A stretch of DNA of 64,000 nt from a virus: IMG/VR virus record IMGVR_UViG_3300045988_151684, positions 32,001 through 96,000 of that record. One strand, written 5' to 3'. This document shows, in pieces, positions 28,613 to 37,408 of the stretch. Made by a program: the position numbers and the translations under genes. The notes beneath the pieces are model-generated. The model was not told the DNA's origin and did no database searches. It saw only the letters and a program-made list of their open reading frames with translations. Every line of letters begins with the position of its first letter. The first letter of the stretch is position 1.

Positions 28613-29151
28613 TGTTTGCCCTCCTTGTGCACTATAAAACTGTTTTTTTGCCATGCATCATCCAGCATAAGCGTCAGTACATTACAGCCGTTAACCACGA
28701 CCATATCTCCGATGCATACCAGTTCTAGTTTATCGCCTATCATGTTCAGGTAATCTCCTTGGACTAAAATATAACCGTCCGCCCCAGCATAAAGCCTGCC
28801 GTCCATAGGGGTATTTTCGTAAAGAACAACAGCAATACCAGTCGGGGTTAATATTTCGCCCTGTTCAGCCTGCTTTATCCATGATAGATATTTTTCCAGC
28901 ACACCATCACAATCCGGCTCCCTTGCCGACTGCACCCAATTGGACTTTATGCGCTCATAATAAACGTTTCGTTTTTCTACTTCCAGCTTGCACTGGATCC
29001 GGAACGCATCGCGCTGGCGCAGGTGTAAAATAAATGTTTCTGTCACCAAGTAATGTTCTTCATCACGATCAAGCAACATGAACGTGCCGGACTGTTTCAC
29101 TGCCCGTACTACTGCCGAACAGTTTATCGGATCTATTTTTTCTTCCTCCAT
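28609..29151 (-). CDS. Hypothetical protein (180 aa), translationally coupled to parA
   Basis: Stop overlaps the parA start (ATGA); no known motif. Confidence 0.4.
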   Translation of the reverse strand: MEEEKIDPINCSAVVRAVKQSGTFMLLDRDEEHYLVTETFILHLRQRDAFRIQCKLEVEKRNVYYERIKSNWVQSAREPDCDGVLEKYLSWIKQAEQGEILTPTGIAVVLYENTPMDGRLYAGADGYILVQGDYLNMIGDKLELVCIGDMVVVNGCNVLTLMLDDAWQKNSFIVHKEGKQ

Positions 29152-29169
29152 GTCTTTCTCCTTTTCTGA

Positions 29170-30018
29170 CTACATGTTTTTATCTTGCAACGTCTGCACT
29201 TTTCGGGGCTTTTGCCAACACAAAACGTGCTGAGCAGTTCCCCCGCCTTTTTGGGATTCATTCTTCTGCTTTCCCTCCAGCTTGACGTATACCGCGTATT
29301 GCATGGGGTAGCCGTACCGGTTTACGCCACTATAAGATAAATTCTTGTCGATGTAATAGCCTTTTCTTTCCGGCGGTTCCTTCCTCCACGTTTTAGCATG
29401 GACAACACGAGCCTTTGGCGTCGCCTCTCGCAAGTTACGGGATGACGAAAATCTTTTTTTTATTATCGGATCGTCGCTTAGAAAAGTTTCCTCCCCGTTC
29501 TTGATGATGTACGCTGCCACACTGTGCCAGTTCTGCGTTTTATCAAGGTGGCTGGCGTGAACATGTACCCACTCACCACCGTTTACAATATTCTGCCAGT
29601 TGGTCGCTATTATCTCCGTGTCAATTTTGGTCAGTATCATGTGCAAATGGATTGCTCCACGTTTTCCACGACCAACCGAAAAGATATACTTACATTCTTT
29701 GCCATCCTGCCGATATTTCTTGCGGATCCGCTTCAAGAACTCTTTTATATTTTTCTTTACTGTATCACTGTCAGGAGTGCTCTTTGCTGGGTAGGTCAGT
29801 GTTACCCATAGATCTCCCGGCTGAAAGTTCTGTTTATCTCGCAGAAGTCTCCACACCTTTCTGACTGCTTCCTTGCTCTGCCATCTTAGCTGTTCTTCTG
29901 GTGTAGCTCTCTGTGCTGCTGCTTTCTCTCTTTTTTCTCTTATTCCATATCGGCCATTGGTATATTTATGGACTTCTACCACGTTTCCCCGATCTATTAC
30001 TTTTTCAAGATAAGCCAT
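29170..30018 (-). CDS. Rolling-circle replication initiator (HUH endonuclease Rep)
   Basis: RCR motif I LWVTLTY, motif II HUH = IHLHMIL, motif III YIIKNG (Y..K); likely start MAYLEKV after RBS GGAGGTG. Confidence 0.7.
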   Translation of the reverse strand: MAYLEKVIDRGNVVEVHKYTNGRYGIREKREKAAAQRATPEEQLRWQSKEAVRKVWRLLRDKQNFQPGDLWVTLTYPAKSTPDSDTVKKNIKEFLKRIRKKYRQDGKECKYIFSVGRGKRGAIHLHMILTKIDTEIIATNWQNIVNGGEWVHVHASHLDKTQNWHSVAAYIIKNGEETFLSDDPIIKKRFSSSRNLREATPKARVVHAKTWRKEPPERKGYYIDKNLSYSGVNRYGYPMQYAVYVKLEGKQKNESQKGGGTAQHVLCWQKPRKVQTLQDKNM

Positions 30019-30146
30019 TATGCAGCACCTCCTTCTGCTACTCTTTATTTTTTTTATTATTCTTTTATTATTGGTTCTTAAAACAATATGTTTAACAAGC
30101 CCAAACAGTCCCCCAGCGGGGAATAAAAAAGCAAGCTTGAAAAAAG

Positions 30147-30176
30147 CGCCAGGCAATAACTGGCGCGCTTTTCTTA
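30147..30176. terminator. Bidirectional intrinsic terminator
   Basis: GCGCCAG-gcaataa-CTGGCGCG stem with an A-run upstream and a T-run downstream. Confidence 0.55.
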
Positions 30177-30422
30177 CTCGTCTATGGTCGCCGATGCCAA
30201 TGTTGCCAGTAAATCCTCGCCCATGTGCTCTACAAAAAACGCATGGAGGCACGATTTGGGGACTCGGCACTCATTGCCGAATCTGATAGCCCCCAGCAAT
30301 CCGGCGTCTATCAGTCCTTTGACAAATTTTCTTCCCGTCCGCATCCGCTTTGCGGTTTCTTCTAAATTCATCAAGCGGTCAGCATCGTCTAAAATCAACA
30401 CATTTTCAGTCATGTCTATCAC
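30174..30422 (-). CDS. HTH_17/excisionase (AlpA/Xis)-like DNA-binding protein
   Basis: LMNLEETAKRMRTGRKFVKGLIDAGLLGAIRFG helix-turn-helix. Confidence 0.5.
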   Translation of the reverse strand: MIDMTENVLILDDADRLMNLEETAKRMRTGRKFVKGLIDAGLLGAIRFGNECRVPKSCLHAFFVEHMGEDLLATLASATIDE

Positions 30423-30688
30423 CTCCTTAAATCAGCTTTATCTTCTGGCGTAGCGGTAAGGATATAACCCGCAAGAGTTAATATCGTATTTGTTCCGCCC
30501 ATCTCGCGGATTTTTTTTATTATCCGCATTGTTTCCATGCGGGCCTGCTCGCTACGCAGGGCTTCAAGTATAGTTCCTTTATTCATTTTTATCCTCCTTT
30601 TAATAATTTCATTTTGTGCTTTTCAAGCTTTGTTGTCGTTCTTTTCTTTTAATAACAAATATGTTATAATTTTCTTGGAGGTGATATT

Positions 30689-31048
30689 TTGCACCAAGTA
30701 GAGTTTTATGCTGACTCCCAGGGTAATGAGCCTGTCAAGGATTTCCTTGTAGAGCTTCAAGCAAAGAGGGATTCCGATAAGTCAGCCCGCATCTTGTCAG
30801 AGAAAATACTGACATACATCCGTGTATTGCAGGAATACGGCACCAGAGCAGGTATGCCATATATGCGCCATTTGGATGGTGATATATGGGAACTTCGACC
30901 ACAGCCGGAGCGGGTTCTGTTCTTCTCTCATCACAATGGAAAATTCATTCTGCTCCACCATTTCCGCAAGAAAACTCAGAAAACTCCCAAAAGAGAAATT
31001 GACTGTGCCAAGCGACGTGCCAAGGCCTATAACGAAAGGAATGATTAA
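30689..31048 (+). CDS. Gp49-like (HigB/RelE-superfamily) toxin, second copy
   Basis: DGDIWELRPQ...RVLFF...ILLHHFRKKTQKTPKREI; paralogous to 22726..23082. Confidence 0.65.
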   Translation: MHQVEFYADSQGNEPVKDFLVELQAKRDSDKSARILSEKILTYIRVLQEYGTRAGMPYMRHLDGDIWELRPQPERVLFFSHHNGKFILLHHFRKKTQKTPKREIDCAKRRAKAYNERND

Positions 31049-31322
31049 CATGGGTACTAACTTTAATGATTTGTGGAATGACTCCTCATTCATCAGCGAG
31101 GAGCAACGAAACAAAATAGATTTTGAGGTTGCTCTGATTGGCAAGCTGATTGAAGTCAGAGAAAGCAAAGGCTTATCCCAAAAACAGCTGGCTGATATGT
31201 GCGGGCTGAAACAGTCTGCTATTGCTAGACTGGAAAAAATGAATGTCACCCCTCAGCTCAATACCCTTATTAAAGTCTTAAAACCTTTGGGCTATAGACT
31301 GGATATTGTTCCCTGTGATTAA
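31041..31322 (+). CDS. HTH XRE-family antitoxin
   Basis: LSQKQLADMCGLKQSAIARLEKMN; start overlaps the toxin stop. Confidence 0.6.
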   Translation: MINMGTNFNDLWNDSSFISEEQRNKIDFEVALIGKLIEVRESKGLSQKQLADMCGLKQSAIARLEKMNVTPQLNTLIKVLKPLGYRLDIVPCD

Positions 31323-31640
31323 GCTCCGCCCCGTGGGGCTTTTTCATGTGTCAGAGGTTCTAGCAATTTATCACCTCCTCAAGGATTTTTTTTTAGCCTT
31401 ATACATCGTCTTGAAGCGATGCTTCCCGACCTTGGCGTTAGGCTTGTTTAGCCTATTGCGCCACATCTTCAACCAGAAAACTTTATCCCATTTTCTTAAA
31501 TATTTGTTTATCTTGCGAGCTTCTTTCCCAGTAAGTGGCTCGCTTTTTTCATGCGCTAATTCAGTCATTTAGCAACCTCCTTTCCTAGCTCCGCTTTACT
31601 CATTTCTAGACCATCCTAATCTTGCGTACTTTTGCGATAT

Positions 31641-31760
31641 TTTTATAGTTGTTTTGCGTTTACATACTCATTATACCAAATTCAATACGTATGTCAACGT
31701 TTTTATAGTTGTTTTGCGTTGACATACGCAATAAAAGATATTATGATTATATTAATGAAA
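31641..31760 (+). promoter_or_regulatory. Promoter/operator region of the cI-like repressor: two 27-bp direct repeats (31641..31667, 31701..31727), an inverted half-site (31687..31699) and a sigma70-like promoter TTGACA(31719)-17-TATGAT(31742)
   Basis: Read directly from the sequence; ATG of the XRE gene at 31773 with RBS AAAGGTGGTG. Confidence 0.55.
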
Positions 31761-31772
31761 GGTGGTGACTAT

Positions 31773-32255
31773 ATGACAAACATAGGAGAGCGCTTGAAAA
31801 TCTTTCGAAAATCAATCAAAAAAACACAGGCTGCGTTCGGCGAACTTTTAGGAACCGGTCGTGACACAATTTCGAACTATGAAATCGGGCGCGTTGAACC
31901 TACGGAAACATTTATACAGTTGCTAATAACTAAATATAATGTTTCTGAGAACTGGCTAAGGACTGGCCAAGGGGAAATGTATGCGGAAACGGAAACGACT
32001 TTGTTTTCTGCCTTTGCCAAGCAGTACGATTTAAGTAAAGCGGAACAAAAAGCCGCCCGTTATCTTTTGCAGCTGTCCAGTGCCGAACGCCAGCAAATTC
32101 TTAAGTGTGTTTCAGGACTTGCGGCAGCTATCGCCAGTGCAGAAGATGAAACAGCAACGGCTATCGACAAAGAACTTGCAGCCTACAAAAAAGAATTGCT
32201 TGCAGAACAAAAGGGGTTGTCAGCCTCCGGCATTGGCGAAGAAAAAAACGCATAG
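31773..32255 (+). CDS. XRE-family HTH transcriptional regulator (cI-like repressor candidate)
   Basis: N-terminal HTH TQAAFGELLGTGRDTISNYE plus a C-terminal oligomerisation-like region; adjacent to the integrase. Confidence 0.65.
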   Translation: MTNIGERLKIFRKSIKKTQAAFGELLGTGRDTISNYEIGRVEPTETFIQLLITKYNVSENWLRTGQGEMYAETETTLFSAFAKQYDLSKAEQKAARYLLQLSSAERQQILKCVSGLAAAIASAEDETATAIDKELAAYKKELLAEQKGLSASGIGEEKNA

Positions 32256-32453
32256 CAAAAAAGCCGCCCATCACAGGCGGCCACGCAAAGATTTATTCAT
32301 TTTTCAAACGAATCATGTGAAGGACTGACTCATTGCAAAACAAAAGCCGCCCGCTAGCAACGGACGGCAAATATAAGGGTACATAATTGAACCCATACAA
32401 CTAACAGTTCAATTATACACCTTATCTTGTAATATTGAAAGGGTGTGTTTTTT

Positions 32454-33551
32454 ATGTCTTATATTCGCAAGAAAGGAAATCGCTGGTATTTCACAATAGA
32501 AATTGGCGAAGGCGGCAAACGCAAGCGCAAGGAACTGGCGGGCGGTAAGACGAAGGCAGAAGCAGCCTACGCCCGCGCCTTGGTTGACCTGCAAGTGAAT
32601 GGTGCTTATATCGAGCCAACCAAAAAGACGCTCAATGAATTTGCCAGTGAATTTTTTACCGATAATTCCCGTAATGTTCACGCTAACACCATTAAGTCGT
32701 ATCAATCTATCTACAGAAATCACATCGCCCCAATTATTGGTGAGCATAAGCTAAGGACGATAAAACCGCGGACGCTGCAAAACCTCTTGAATCAGAAAAA
32801 GGAAGCAGGACTCGCCCGTTCCACGGTTTCCTCTATTTATACCGTCTTGAAAAGGCTTTTTGTTTATGCTGCTGATTTCTGCGAATACATTCCTAAAAAT
32901 CCGGCGCAAAACATCCACCTGCCGAAATACACTCAGCCTCCCCGTACGGTTTTAAGCTTTTCCCCGCAACAAATAGCGGAAATCTTTCGGCGCTTCCCTA
33001 AAGGGCATCAGTTTTTTCTGCCATTAGCTATTTCCTATTATACTGGCGCCCGATTCGGGGAATGTTGTGCCCTTACCTGGCAGGACGTGGACTTCGACAC
33101 GCGGGAAATATCTATAACCCGAACAGTTGTCGAAATGTCCGGCGGTCTTACGGTCCAGGACGTGCCGAAAACATCGAGCAGTTTCCGGATTATTCCTTGC
33201 GGTAAAAAGCTTATAAGTATTTTGCGGGCAGAAAAAGCACTGCAAGCAGCCGCCCGCCTTGCCGGATCCGGTTATGCTGATAACTTTATCATTCATGACA
33301 AACATGGCAAACTCATGGAACCAAACGCAATCAGATACTTTAATATGTATATAAAAAAATACGGCAACGGTTACTCGGTTCATTCCATGCGCCATACGCA
33401 CGCTACTATGCTGCTGGAAGCTGGCGAAGAACTTGAACTCGTCTCAAAACGCCTTGGACATGCCTCAATTGACATCACCGCAAAAACCTATTCTCATGTC
33501 CTCGAAGCACGCAAAAATAAATCCCGCCGACTAATCGACGAGATACTTTGA
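32454..33551 (+). CDS. int: Tyrosine site-specific integrase
   Basis: C-terminal catalytic motifs HSMRHTHATMLLEAG...LGHASIDITAKTYSHV; N-terminal SAM-like domain. Confidence 0.85.
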   Translation: MSYIRKKGNRWYFTIEIGEGGKRKRKELAGGKTKAEAAYARALVDLQVNGAYIEPTKKTLNEFASEFFTDNSRNVHANTIKSYQSIYRNHIAPIIGEHKLRTIKPRTLQNLLNQKKEAGLARSTVSSIYTVLKRLFVYAADFCEYIPKNPAQNIHLPKYTQPPRTVLSFSPQQIAEIFRRFPKGHQFFLPLAISYYTGARFGECCALTWQDVDFDTREISITRTVVEMSGGLTVQDVPKTSSSFRIIPCGKKLISILRAEKALQAAARLAGSGYADNFIIHDKHGKLMEPNAIRYFNMYIKKYGNGYSVHSMRHTHATMLLEAGEELELVSKRLGHASIDITAKTYSHVLEARKNKSRRLIDEIL

Positions 33552-33675
33552 CAGGGCATATACCATATATGCTATTCAATTAATTGAAAAAACTACATAT
33601 AGTATACAGTTAATTTTATATATTATAATTATGGAATACTGCTTTACAACCTTAGTTTTTTTATATAAAATTAAA

Positions 33676-33706
33676 GCAGAAGTCAATGTACCAGATTGAC
33701 TTCTGC
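33676..33706. repeat. Perfect 12-bp stem hairpin GCAGAAGTCAAT-gtaccag-ATTGACTTCTGC in the integrase-distal att region
   Basis: Read directly; AT-rich flanks. Confidence 0.5.
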
Positions 33707-33725
33707 AATGGAATAAACTCTTTTT

Positions 33726-33772
33726 TGAGAGCCTCTGCTATTTGGAAATCCAAATGCGGAAGGCTCTTTTTC
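33726..33772 (+). terminator. Imperfect long hairpin plus T-run, terminator-like
   Basis: AGAGCCT...AGGCTCT stem followed by TTTTT. Confidence 0.45.
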
Positions 33773-33902
33773 CATAGTTCTTTGCGTATATACGCGTTCC
33801 ATCTTTCAGCGTTATCCAAGCTCTAAAGATGTAGTGCCCTTTTCCTTTCGCCATGCCACTCACCTCCTCATGTTTATGTCATATATCTATGATAAACAAG
33901 GT

Positions 33903-34439
33903 TTAGTTCCTTGGAATTTTGGAAAGCTGGTATTTGGCGGATGAATACGATACTCCACATGACTCCTTGATGTAGTCAGCAGTCATATCTCGCGATACTA
34001 AGTGTGCCGGGACAAGTAACTCTCCAGAGAAGGCTTTTGCTTGCCATTCAGGCGAACAATATGTTGGTATTGTTCCACTTGCAATGCGCGCATGAGCTTT
34101 ATTATTACGATGAAAAAGCCAATGCCCTAATTCATGCGCCATGGTATCACGATCCATGCCTGCACCTCTCGCCGCACGCATATATACATCTTCTCGGATT
34201 TTTACAGTTCCATTTGGTAGTGTCAATCCATGAAAATCCCCCATCTCAGGCTGGCTAGTTACTTCCATATTCCAATCTGTAAAAACCTCTGGCATGCTAT
34301 TCATGATCTCCATGACCTCGACAATGGGGAAATACATTGTTTTGTCTGCCCCAAACATCTGTCTAAACGTCAATGCTCGACGTCTTATGTCCATTCGACT
34401 AAGCGGCGGCACCACTAAATCTTGCTGGCTCATTGGCAT
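33903..34439 (-). CDS. ImmA/IrrE-family metallopeptidase
   Basis: HEXXH motif AHELGHWLFH; paired with the upstream XRE repressor. Confidence 0.65.
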   Translation of the reverse strand: MPMSQQDLVVPPLSRMDIRRRALTFRQMFGADKTMYFPIVEVMEIMNSMPEVFTDWNMEVTSQPEMGDFHGLTLPNGTVKIREDVYMRAARGAGMDRDTMAHELGHWLFHRNNKAHARIASGTIPTYCSPEWQAKAFSGELLVPAHLVSRDMTADYIKESCGVSYSSAKYQLSKIPRN

Positions 34440-34801
34440 CAGTCCTTCCTTTCTGCACTCAGCATCTTGAAAATTTCTTTTTTCTGTTCGCTATTGAGCG
34501 AGCCAAACTCTCTTGCGAAAGCTATAGCTAGATTTCTATCCTGCTCAGAATGCTTGCTCAAATTGATTCGTATTTCTGTCTTTGACTTGTTAATCGCATC
34601 CATCAGCTCCAGTGATTTCTCTTCTGATAGCTTATACGCCTTGACAATTTTATCCCTCCACTGTGCAGGGATATTTTTTTTTCCGTTTTCTACAGCCGAC
34701 AAAAACGCCGGGGATACCTGCAGATATTCAGCCATATCTAGCATAATCTGGCCACGATCAATCCGCAGTTTCCTACAAAACTTCCCGAATGCCGTTACCA
34801 T
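34439..34801 (-). CDS. XRE-family HTH repressor (ImmR-like)
   Basis: IMLDMAEYLQVSPAFLSAVENGKK helix-turn-helix; overlaps the ImmA start. Confidence 0.65.
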   Translation of the reverse strand: MVTAFGKFCRKLRIDRGQIMLDMAEYLQVSPAFLSAVENGKKNIPAQWRDKIVKAYKLSEEKSLELMDAINKSKTEIRINLSKHSEQDRNLAIAFAREFGSLNSEQKKEIFKMLSAERKD

Positions 34802-34981
34802 AATAAACCCTCCATAATGTTCTTCCTCCCTTTGTAACTTAATTATACATCTTCTGATTATTTTTGTAAACCTTATTCGGTTAATTTATTTCATGTATTT
34901 AGTAAAACCAATACAATACAAAAGGCCGCACCCCATTCAAGGGTGCGACCTTCTCATGTATACGCTATGCAGTTGTGCACG

Positions 34982-35461
34982 TCACTGATGTGTATCGGTC
35001 TTGTCGTTCTGTTTAGGGAAATGCTTGGTTATCGTCACATTCTTCGATGAGAGAAAACTGACCACTATAAAGCCGACATACATGACGCCGGATGAACCAG
35101 CAAAAACATAGTTTTCGGTATAGAGTGAGTACATCATGATCGCCAGCAAGGTCATGGATACGACGAACGCCATCCATTGGCCTTGCCACTTTTCCTTTAT
35201 GCTCGCTTCTAATGCCATACGTTCCTGCTCTCTTATGTGAGCAGAATTCTTCTCGAATTCGGTGAATATCCGTTCTGGCAAACTCTCATCGATATCTTTA
35301 TACCCGCGTAGCAACGACGGTGGCGGTATCGGTCCAGCGTATTTTGTTGCTATGCTCACATACTCCTGTGGCAAAACGTCAGCACGTTGCTCTTGTTGAG
35401 GTGCCGATTCTCTCGATGATGCCTCAACCTGGTTATTCGCCTCTACTGGTTCCATTGCCAT
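34982..35461 (-). CDS. Membrane protein with an acidic N-terminus and two C-terminal TM helices (159 aa)
   Basis: Hydrophobic segments WMAFVVSMTLLAIMMY and VMYVGFIVVSFL. Confidence 0.4.
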   Translation of the reverse strand: MAMEPVEANNQVEASSRESAPQQEQRADVLPQEYVSIATKYAGPIPPPSLLRGYKDIDESLPERIFTEFEKNSAHIREQERMALEASIKEKWQGQWMAFVVSMTLLAIMMYSLYTENYVFAGSSGVMYVGFIVVSFLSSKNVTITKHFPKQNDKTDTHQ

Positions 35462-35648
35462 TCAAAACTCCTCTGTTGTTGTCGATTGCCTGTTTCAGCA
35501 TAAAGCCGGTGCGTTCCCAGCTATTCTGCGCAATCTTGTCAGCCCCGGAAATATATGTGCTATAATCCGATGAAGGGAATAGCGAAAACGTCATCGCCCC
35601 GTAAAAAGTCGCTGCAACTGCGCAAGCAAGTGCATGTAATTTCTCTGC
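35433..35648 (-). CDS. Small membrane protein (~72 aa from the ATG with RBS GGAGGGG)
   Basis: MAEKLHALACAVAATFYGAMTFSLF hydrophobic segment. Confidence 0.35.
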   Translation of the reverse strand, partial: AEKLHALACAVAATFYGAMTFSLFPSSDYSTYISGADKIAQNSWERTGFMLKQAIDNNRGVLNGNGTSRGE

Positions 35649-35928
35649 CATAACATTCCCCTCCTTTTCGTTCTTCTCGTTCATTATAGCACACATTTTA
35701 CCAATTAGGTATCCCCCGAGAACTTCCGCCATTTCCAAAAGCGGCGGAAGAATTGGCGGAAAAGCGCTTGCAAGCCTTGAAATTATTGGGCAGTACATTT
35801 GTTTTATACTTATCGGAAGTTATGCGCAGGAGGAATTATCTTTAACTACTAAAACACCGCCATCCCTTTATTATTAAAGGATTGACGACGTTTTAGTAAC
35901 TAAGCGTGTCTAGGCAAAATTTATGCGT

Positions 35929-35981
35929 TTGCAGACTTTTTGCAGACAAATCCCTCTTTTATGCAGACAATATGCAGACAA
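35929..35981. repeat. Four direct copies of the TGCAGACA octamer in the intergenic region at the left border of element 2
   Basis: ttgcagact / ttgcagacaaa / atgcagacaa / atgcagacaaa read directly from the sequence. Confidence 0.6.
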
Positions 35982-36037
35982 ACTGCTGCTGCATCCTTTA
36001 ACTCAATCTAACGTAATCTAACTCGTTTTTAACTTAT

Positions 36038-36072
36038 GATTAACTCAACGATGAATTGTCGTCGAGTTAATC
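36038..36072. repeat. 14-bp near-perfect inverted repeat GATTAACTCAACGA / TCGTCGAGTTAATC overlapping the endolysin stop
   Basis: Read directly; one mismatch. Confidence 0.5.
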
Positions 36073-36678
36073 ATCATAATAGATATTGGCATCGTACCCG
36101 AAACCGGCCAGATTATCCGTGAACTGATGCATCCGAATGATGTTGTTCGGGTACTCCTCTTTGAGATAATCCCGACAGGCCGTTTCGAACGTGTTGCCCT
36201 CGCCGTAGTTGGCTACCCAATACGGCACATAGTCCGGCAAATCCTCGATACGGATATAATGCGAACTTTCGGCACTCAGCCAACTCCAACTTGCATATAC
36301 ACCATTGTACTGGTGCCCGTAGTTTGTGAGCTGGTTGATAAAGGCGCGGCAGCACTCAGTCACATCACCGTTAAGCATCCGGTTTGACTCTGCATCATAC
36401 CAAATACCCAGCGGCGGTGTTTCGCCTCTCAGGTATTCTTTCAGCCATGCAGCAACCTGATCCGCCTCTGCCACAGCCTCATCATAAGTGCAGGCATGAG
36501 CGAAATAATAAACGCCATACTGCAGGCCATATTCCACAGCGTGATTGATGTGCTCGACAAACATATTGTCGAGGCTGGAGCGCTCGCCGATCTTTAAGAT
36601 AACACCCTCAATGCCGGTATCAGCGAGTGCCTGCCAGTCAATTTCAGTCTGCCATGCGGATATATCAATTACTTTCAT
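36067..36678 (-). CDS. GH25 muramidase endolysin (catalytic domain only)
   Basis: Paralog of 795..1409; same Glyco_hydro_25 motifs. Confidence 0.85.
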   Translation of the reverse strand: MKVIDISAWQTEIDWQALADTGIEGVILKIGERSSLDNMFVEHINHAVEYGLQYGVYYFAHACTYDEAVAEADQVAAWLKEYLRGETPPLGIWYDAESNRMLNGDVTECCRAFINQLTNYGHQYNGVYASWSWLSAESSHYIRIEDLPDYVPYWVANYGEGNTFETACRDYLKEEYPNNIIRMHQFTDNLAGFGYDANIYYDD

Positions 36679-36683
36679 TTTGC

Positions 36684-37127
36684 TTACTTCCTTTCTCGTT
36701 CTTCAGATAGCTGCTTTAACGTATTTTTTAATTTTGCTGGTATTGGCACTCCTGCCTTGCCAGCATTTTCTAATATAGATAGCCCTTCATTGCCTAGAAA
36801 AAACCATGTTACCGCTACACAAATAAGCTGCTGCCCCATAGCATTATCCATGAAGTGAGCTAATGACACTAACAGCAAAATCATTAGTTTTTTGCAAATG
36901 CCTTGAAACCCTCTATGACTGTCAAGAGCCATGTCAGGGTTTACATAAGCCGCCAGCACTCCGCTGATATAGTCAATGACCATTGCGAATATAAGTGCTT
37001 CAAGTACACTGTTCCATGCGCCAAACAGGTATGTTGTCACCATGCCAATTGCTCCTGTCGTCGTCCCCCATAGGGCTTCGACACGAACGGGGACGAGTGA
37101 CCTTATCGCTTCTATTATTACATTCAT
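36684..37127 (-). CDS. Holin (phage_holin_4_1 / phi LC3 family-like)
   Basis: 147 aa with multiple TM helices, directly upstream of the endolysin with a 5-nt gap. Confidence 0.7.
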   Translation of the reverse strand: MNVIIEAIRSLVPVRVEALWGTTTGAIGMVTTYLFGAWNSVLEALIFAMVIDYISGVLAAYVNPDMALDSHRGFQGICKKLMILLLVSLAHFMDNAMGQQLICVAVTWFFLGNEGLSILENAGKAGVPIPAKLKNTLKQLSEERERK

Positions 37128-37408
37128 GCGCCCTCCATTATTCTTCTGTACCCGTTATTTCCCGTTTTCCTTACATCAACACTATCATGGCGGATGAATG
37201 TATTTTCTATACTTCATGATTTTCTCCACTAAAAAAGCCAACCTATCTTTACTTTGATAAGTTGGCTGTTATTCTGTTGTTTATAGATAGAGCACGCCCC
37301 ATCCAAATTTATTTATTAATTCTTCATCTTCTGTTAGCTATATTATAGCTTACATTCTAATCTTTTTCAATTAGTGGATTTATATATTTCATATTTCCTC
37401 CGTTCTAT

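Larger units (their letters stand above)
1..33900. mobile_element. Prophage-like element 1: HK97-like siphovirus, with integrase and att region at the right end and the lysis cassette at the left end; the left border lies outside the window
   Basis: Contiguous minus-strand structural operon (terminase to endolysin), tyrosine integrase with an AT-rich hairpin-bearing region downstream, and a cI-like repressor. Confidence 0.7.

Noticed and set aside
30050-30120. T-rich segment upstream of Rep as a double-strand origin nick site
   Set aside because: No recognisable conserved RCR nick motif could be identified by eye; not claimed.
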